This document shows, one piece after another, positions 62,374 to 64,000 of a stretch of DNA of 64,000 nt. A program made the position numbers and the translations under genes. Numbering within the stretch: position 1 is the first letter of the stretch; each line of letters starts with the position of its first letter. Below the pieces are notes generated by a model. It did no database searches and was not told where the DNA came from. It was given only the letters and a program-made list of their open reading frames with translations. Where the stretch lies: NCBI GenBank assembly GCA_964016885.1, contig OZ024742.1, positions 219,728,001 through 219,792,000 on the forward strand. Reading direction: 5' to 3'. The stretch is from Eledone cirrhosa. Lineage: Eukaryota.

Positions 62374-62709
62374 TGTAATTTATTTTATCAATCTTAAATT
62401 GATGAAAGGCAAAGTTGACCTCAGTGGGATTTGAACTCTGAATGTAAACAGTCAGAATAAATATTGTTTCTACTTTTGGCACAAGGCCAGCAATTATCCC
62501 AGTGTATTACTGGTACTTTATTTTATTGACCCCATAAGGATGAAAGGCAAAGTTAACCTCAGGGATTTGAACTCAGATCATAAAGGGCCGTAACTCTTTG
62601 CTGCAAAGCATCGCATCCCACCCTCTACTGATACTGCCAATCCACCGCCCTAACAGTCACAATAAATATTGCAAGGCATTTTGTCCTACACATCAATGAT
62701 TCTGCCAAG
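62374..62709 (-). mobile_element. SINE family 1 host copy, split by a nested insertion
   Basis: 62,374-62,466 carries the core and B-box (GATGAAAGGCAAAGTTGACCTCAGTGGGATTTGAACTC). 62,652-62,709 continues to the head (GCAAGGCATTTTGTCC...GATTCTGCCAA). Confidence 0.8.
62467..62651 (-). mobile_element. Full-length younger SINE family 1 copy nested in the host SINE
   Basis: Flanked by a 20-bp TSD, AACAGTCA(G/C)AATAAATATTG, at 62,447-62,466 and 62,652-62,671. Its reverse complement closely matches 60,118-60,306. Confidence 0.9.
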
Positions 62710-62784
62710 GGAGTGGGGTTAACCCTTTCTGAACCATGTTACAAATCTACAATATATTCAAGCATATGAGTAGTGGAGCAGAAG

Positions 62785-62900
62785 AGTAGCACAGAACGTA
62801 TTGTAATAGACAAAATGCCTGGCAGTATTTAGTTTCACCCTAGCAGAATGAAATCTTTCTTTTATCCATCCAGGGTGGATACAACGAAAAAATTGGTAGA
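62785..62900 (+). mobile_element. Highly degraded SINE family 1-like fragment
   Basis: GACAAAATGCCTGGCAGTATTT and TTTATCCATCCAGGGTGGATA are weakly colinear with family 1. Confidence 0.35.
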
Positions 62901-63012
62901 ATTTCTACCCAGTTGTTTTTAATCCACTGATTTTTGGTCTATCTGTTCATGCTGACCAAATGCAGCTTAGACAGTGAGCTTCTGGAGTTGTATGATTAAC
63001 TCTGGTCATTAG

Positions 63013-63110
63013 CACCTAGGCAGAATTTAAACTCAGAACACAGAGCACTAGAACAGATATTGTAAAGAAACTTGTCTGTTACTCAAACATTCTGCCAGTC
63101 CATCACCCTT
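63013..63110 (-). mobile_element. SINE family 1, 5' half
   Basis: GGCAGAATTTAAACTCAGAAC...CATTCTGCCAGTCCATCACCCT. Confidence 0.65.
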
Positions 63111-63113
63111 GAT

Positions 63114-63248
63114 TAGTACTTTATTCATTAATCCCCGAATGGATGAAAAGCAAAGTTGACTTCAGTAGGATTTGAACTGAAAGTGCAGAAAACCAGAACA
63201 AATACTTCAAGACATTCAACCCAACATGTTAACAACTATGTCAATTTA
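63114..63248 (-). mobile_element. SINE family 1, diverged copy
   Basis: AGTACTTTATT...GGATGAAAAGCAAAGTTGACTTCAGTAGGATTTGAACTG. Confidence 0.72.
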
Positions 63249-63348
63249 CTTTCTAACCCATTAATATACTAGGGATCTATTCACTTAACTATACATCCTC
63301 CCTACAAATGTGTCAATGAAAGGAATTATTATTAAATGACCAAAAGGG

Positions 63349-63646
63349 TAGGTTAAAAAGTTAAAGTTAAAGTCTGTCCCATAACCAGAGGGTCATCAGG
63401 CTGTTGCTTATTCTGGTTTTCATTGGTGTTAAGTGACTGAGAGTACACGACTTACCCCCGAACAGGATACCAGTCCACCATAGGGTTAATTCCCAGCAAC
63501 AACTGGTACTCATTTTCAGCTCAGTATACTGGAAGAAGGTGAAATGAAGTGTTTTGCTCTAGAAAACAATGCACAACCCGGTCAAGGAATTGAAACCACG
63601 ACATTATGAATATAAGTCCAACACTCTAACCACTGGGCCACATGCC
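63349..63646 (-). mobile_element. Full-length tRNA-derived SINE (family 2, CORE-like central domain)
   Basis: On the minus strand: A-box TGGCCCAGTGG (63,630-63,640), B-box-like GGTTTCAATTCC (63,586-63,597), central GAGCAAAACACTTCATTTCAC...GAAAATGAGTACC reminiscent of the MIR/CORE domain, and an (ACTTTA)n tail. Confidence 0.8.
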
Positions 63647-63653
63647 TTGGGTA

Positions 63654-63867
63654 TGAGCAGAATTGTTATAGTGTCTCACAAAAAATGCCTTATGGAATTT
63701 CTCCTTTCTCTTTATTCTGAGTTCAATCCCACTGATGTCAACTTGGAATTTTCTCCTTCTAGGAGGAGGGGTTCAATAAAATAAAGCATCAGTCAAGTAC
63801 TGGGGTCAATTTAATCAATTCCCCCTGCAAAAGTGCTGGACTTGAGCCTAAATTAGAAACCATTATC
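63654..63867 (+). mobile_element. SINE family 1, diverged full-length copy
   Basis: GCAGAATTGTTA head, TTCTGAGTTCAATCCC B-box, AATAAAATAAAG...GTACTGGGGTCAATTTAATC core, TAGAAACCATTATC tail. Confidence 0.78.
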
Positions 63868-64000
63868 AAACAAGTAGCTTTTGTTGAGTGAAAATTTAGT
63901 TAGGGGAAGAGGAAAGCTAATTTGTTTGAATATCCAACTATAATTTCTGAAAGATAATAGCAATATTACTTTAAAATAACTAATCAAATCAGATAATAAA

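Noticed and set aside
63575-63646. tRNA gene
   Set aside because: A and B boxes are present, but the sequence runs into a SINE body and tail and no convincing cloverleaf is evident. It is a tRNA-derived SINE head.
63346-63653. GGGTA target-site duplication around the family 2 SINE
   Set aside because: It is only 5 bp and offset from the element end, so it could be chance.
63569-63784. 71-aa ORF
   Set aside because: It lies entirely across two SINE copies.

Overview
This is eukaryotic, AT-rich, non-coding DNA. Positions 1 to ~57,600 (about 90% of the window) are one uninterrupted, single-orientation tandem array of a 20-bp monomer, consensus GACTATAATATAGTGTATGT (~2,880 copies, 25% GC), which runs off the left edge. 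The array has nested higher-order duplications (60 bp, 240 bp, ~0.9-1.9 kb, ~3.7-4.7 kb, 15.5 kb, 21.6 kb) traceable through rare variant monomers. Its right edge decays into degenerate monomers with a SINE embedded in them. The last ~6.3 kb is a transposon mosaic: a hAT/Charlie-like non-autonomous element with a perfect 8-bp TSD, about a dozen tRNA-derived SINE copies or fragments (one nested in another with a 20-bp TSD, and one inverted same-subfamily pair), and a possible decayed coding relic. From memory, and not from a search, the SINEs resemble octopus/cephalopod families. No intact protein-coding gene, RNA gene or CRISPR array is supported. I do not see evidence for a new protein-based system. 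The most unusual signals are the internal dyad structure and the duplication history of the satellite.
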